Source: Carcharhinus amblyrhynchos (taxonomy: Eukaryota). Taken from it: a stretch of 64,000 nt of DNA. Of this stretch, positions 61,331 to 64,000 are shown in pieces. A program made the position numbers and the translations under genes. The stretch spans positions 48,174,001-48,238,000 of the forward strand of contig OZ336877.1 in NCBI GenBank assembly GCA_965287045.1. The letters run 5' to 3'. Every line of letters begins with the position of its first letter. Within the stretch, counting starts at the first letter, position 1. A model generated the notes under the pieces. That model had not been told where the DNA came from. It saw only the letters and a program-made list of their open reading frames with translations, and did no database searches.

Positions 61331-62389
61331 AAATAAGATGATGATGAAACTTAAAGGTATTTCCTCCAGTTCTTTTAACATGTTTTAAGGTGAGTTTTAT
61401 GTTTGTCTACAAATGAGATGTGTGCAATAGATTCATTCAGAAGTGGTTAGTGTTCTGTTGATTTCATGCACTCTTCAAAAACAAACCTAATGAATAACTG
61501 ATAACGGTTAGAAATCAAGACTTTGACACCCCTGTGTTATGGAGGGGAAAAGTGGTTCGTGATGTCTAAATGTGCAATTCCAATGTGGAAATGTGCATCC
61601 GGATGTCAATAGCAGAAATGGCCATGGTCTGCTGTGATGGTGCTGGCACTTAGTGTCACCTGAATAATGGATAAGATATGGAATGTGGTTGGTATTTATG
61701 GAATTGTATTGCAGATAATGTTGATGCTTTCAGAACAGGCAAGAGGAGAAAGGCAGTGAGAAATGTTTAAGAAAATAATTCAAAGGTACTTGGATAAATA
61801 TAGACAGCTAGAGCAGAACATAATAAGTTGCACTTCACGGTGTAAGGAAAAGAGGAGGAAGAAATTGGATTTTTGCATGTGAAGCTTCAAGGCTGGTGAC
61901 AATGGCGTGATATGAAAAAAGAATGCCCTCTAAGCCTGGGTCAGGTCAGTGAAAGATTTAAAAGATGCATGGATTGAAAGACTGGAGGCAGCTACATGGA
62001 TAAGAGTAGACTGATGTCCCTATTAACTGTTAGATCAGAAAGAAACTTCCCAAAAAGCCTTGTGTTTCCTTAGCTTTTGGAAAACCCATGGCAGTTCAAA
62101 TTGCAAGAAGACGACTTTATGGGGTGGATACGACGGTAGATTTGGATGAGGAAGAGACTCCAGATTGGAGCATAAACACTGGTATGGAATAGTTGGATCA
62201 GATGGACTGTTTCTGTGCCACAGATACTATGTATTGGCATGTCATACAGCACCAGTTTCATCTTTTTAATCAGGCAGGAAGCTCTGATTTGGATTCCTCC
62301 CTTTCCTCTTTCTGGGGCTGTAATCAAAACATCTCTTCAAAGACAGCCTGTTCTTCTGTTACCTGTCAGTCTTTTAATTGTAATTTATC

Positions 62390-62605
62390 TGGGTCTGACC
62401 CATTCCTACATGACTAAAATTGGCTCTGGTCAAATTAAGTAGTTTTACTCCTCATCCTTTTCCATGGTGAAGCTAAATCTTGTAATACTGTAAACACTGT
62501 TTCCTGACTGACACTTAATTCACTTGATCCCCCTCATCCCCCAGAATCAAATAATGCAATGCCTCCTACTGGTATATTGGGGAAACTAAATGCAGATCGA
62601 GAACA
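62390..62605 (-). mobile_element. CR1 endonuclease C-terminal fossil
   Basis: Minus strand EALHYLILGDEG.. and NSVYSITRF, decayed LDLILG/SDH..F motifs. Confidence 0.45.
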
Positions 62606-62669
62606 CCACATTTTTTTTTCTGGTCATTTTAATTCTCTACTGTACACTCATGCTGATCTTTGTACTCTG

Positions 62670-62871
62670 TATCATGTTTGAGGTATGATATTGAAGACTA
62701 ATAAAGACCACGGGGGCAGCGATAGCAAACTAACAGAACAGTTTGTTACACGTCTATCTCTAAGCATAGTCAGCACGAGATTGCCCTGGACAAGCTCCAT
62801 CCAAGCTGGGCCTCAAGTCCTGAGTTATCCTAACCCGTTCTCTTAAAGGGCATGCCCCATCATACATAATG
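62670..62871 (-). repeat. 3' LTR of the terminal Gypsy element
   Basis: Lies after the polypurine tract AAGAGGGAAAGGAG (62872-62885, minus strand); decayed TGTCATG..CATAACA-like termini. Confidence 0.55.
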
Positions 62872-64000
62872 CTCCTTTCCCTCTTGCTTCAAAATCCCCC
62901 TCCCCCATCTCTCTTGTATAGGTACACAATTCACCTATGTATACAACATGAACATCAACTGTGAAAAGCAATAGCAACACTCATTAGAAAGAAGGTCTAC
63001 ACAGACATAATCAGTCTCTGGAGGATGATGAATGACCGTCTCGTTGCCAACTGACTCTTCTGTGGTATTCTTCCCTACATTTCTGGAAGCTCTGTCTTCC
63101 TCTCTCACTTGGTTACTTTCATCAGTAACTTCTGCCAATGTTTTCTCTCTGGTCAGAACTCCCTCAGTTTCAGAAACATAGGACTCCATCAGTTCCTTGA
63201 GCTACTTTTGCAACAATCGCATGTCAGGGAAGACTTCCCTGTTTTGATGTGGAGCAGCCATCAGCTGATCCATGCATCTCTTCCAGACCTGCTCGCCTTG
63301 GATCTGATCAGTCTATGATACTGGCTCTGCCTGGGCCACCACTGTTGTGGGAACCCATTTTATTTTTTTTCCCCATTGTGTCGTTCCTCACAAACGCTGT
63401 TTCTCGTTTCCTGAACTTGCTTCTCTTTGCCTCTCTTCAGGCCATCTGCCCTCCTTGGATGTTTGTTAACACTTTTGGTGCCTCCTCTGGCTGCATCAGA
63501 TCACAGGTGGTCCTCAATCTGTGGCCACATGTTAATGACATCAGGAAAACTTAGGTTGTTGCATGAAGTGTTACAATGTGTGCTTAAGAGTGGATTCACT
63601 CACCTTCCAAGGTATCAGGGCTTGTTTTAAGGTGTGGCCAAACCTTTTGTCCTGCTGTTTGTCGCAGGGCAGTGAGTGACAATGGCCTGTTGTCACTCAC
63701 TATTTGATCAGGGCTTCCAAAATGAGAAAACAACTTGTTGAGTCATTCTATAATCTTCTCTGCAGACGTCGACTTCACATTTGCTACTCCTGGCCATTTC
63801 AAGTAGACATCAACAACCACCCAGTATTTTCTCTTCCAATGGACCTGTGAAGTCCATGTGAATCCTATGCCAAGGAGTTTCAGGCCATTCTTGTTGGTGG
63901 AGGGGCGGGAATGGTGGCATTTTCCGTACTATTGCACAGGTTTCATAAGCACCTGCCTTCTCCTTGATCTGGGAATTGCTGTCTGGCCACCAAAAATAGT
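62670..64000 (-). mobile_element. Gypsy LTR retrotransposon, integrase to 3' LTR (runs off the window)
   Basis: Minus strand YFWWP..PPLHQQEWPETPWHRIHMDFTGP..VVVDVYLKWP..FSHFGSPDQIVSDN; RFGHTLKQAL; WVPTTVV..EPVS; disrupted by stops and deletion. Confidence 0.92.

Noticed and set aside
1-64000. CRISPR array, prokaryotic operon or endogenous non-retroviral virus
   Set aside because: No regularly spaced repeat-spacer array, no long intact ORFs, and all recognisable coding remnants are eukaryotic transposons

Overview
Eukaryotic, AT-rich, CpG-depleted DNA that is dense in repeats, with no host protein-coding exon, rRNA, tRNA gene or CRISPR array that I can recognise. The repeat complement points to an elasmobranch (shark-like) genome: HE1-type V-SINEs, Deu-domain SINEs, CR1 and L2 LINEs, and Penelope-derived repeats. 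The T/G-rich + strand suggests a long intron of a + strand gene (inference). Every ORF in the track with recognisable homology is a transposon fossil: CR1-clade RT/endonuclease, CR1 ORF1 esterase, L2, a Tigger/pogo transposase, and Gypsy gag/protease and integrase. Main structural observations: (1) a two-LTR Gypsy element with a tRNA-Leu PBS and PPT inside a multi-layer nest; (2) several Penelope-derived repeats carrying minimal hammerhead-ribozyme motifs, one almost intact; (3) a LINE whose 5' end is a tRNA-like head shared with a SINE built from that LINE's head plus tail; (4) an 87-bp insertion with a perfect 13-bp TSD; (5) a perfect 14-bp hairpin; (6) candidate recursive-splice and microexon sites and motif-dense unique stretches. 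I found no convincing wholly new gene system. Family names come from recalled consensus features, not database searches, and repeat boundaries are approximate.
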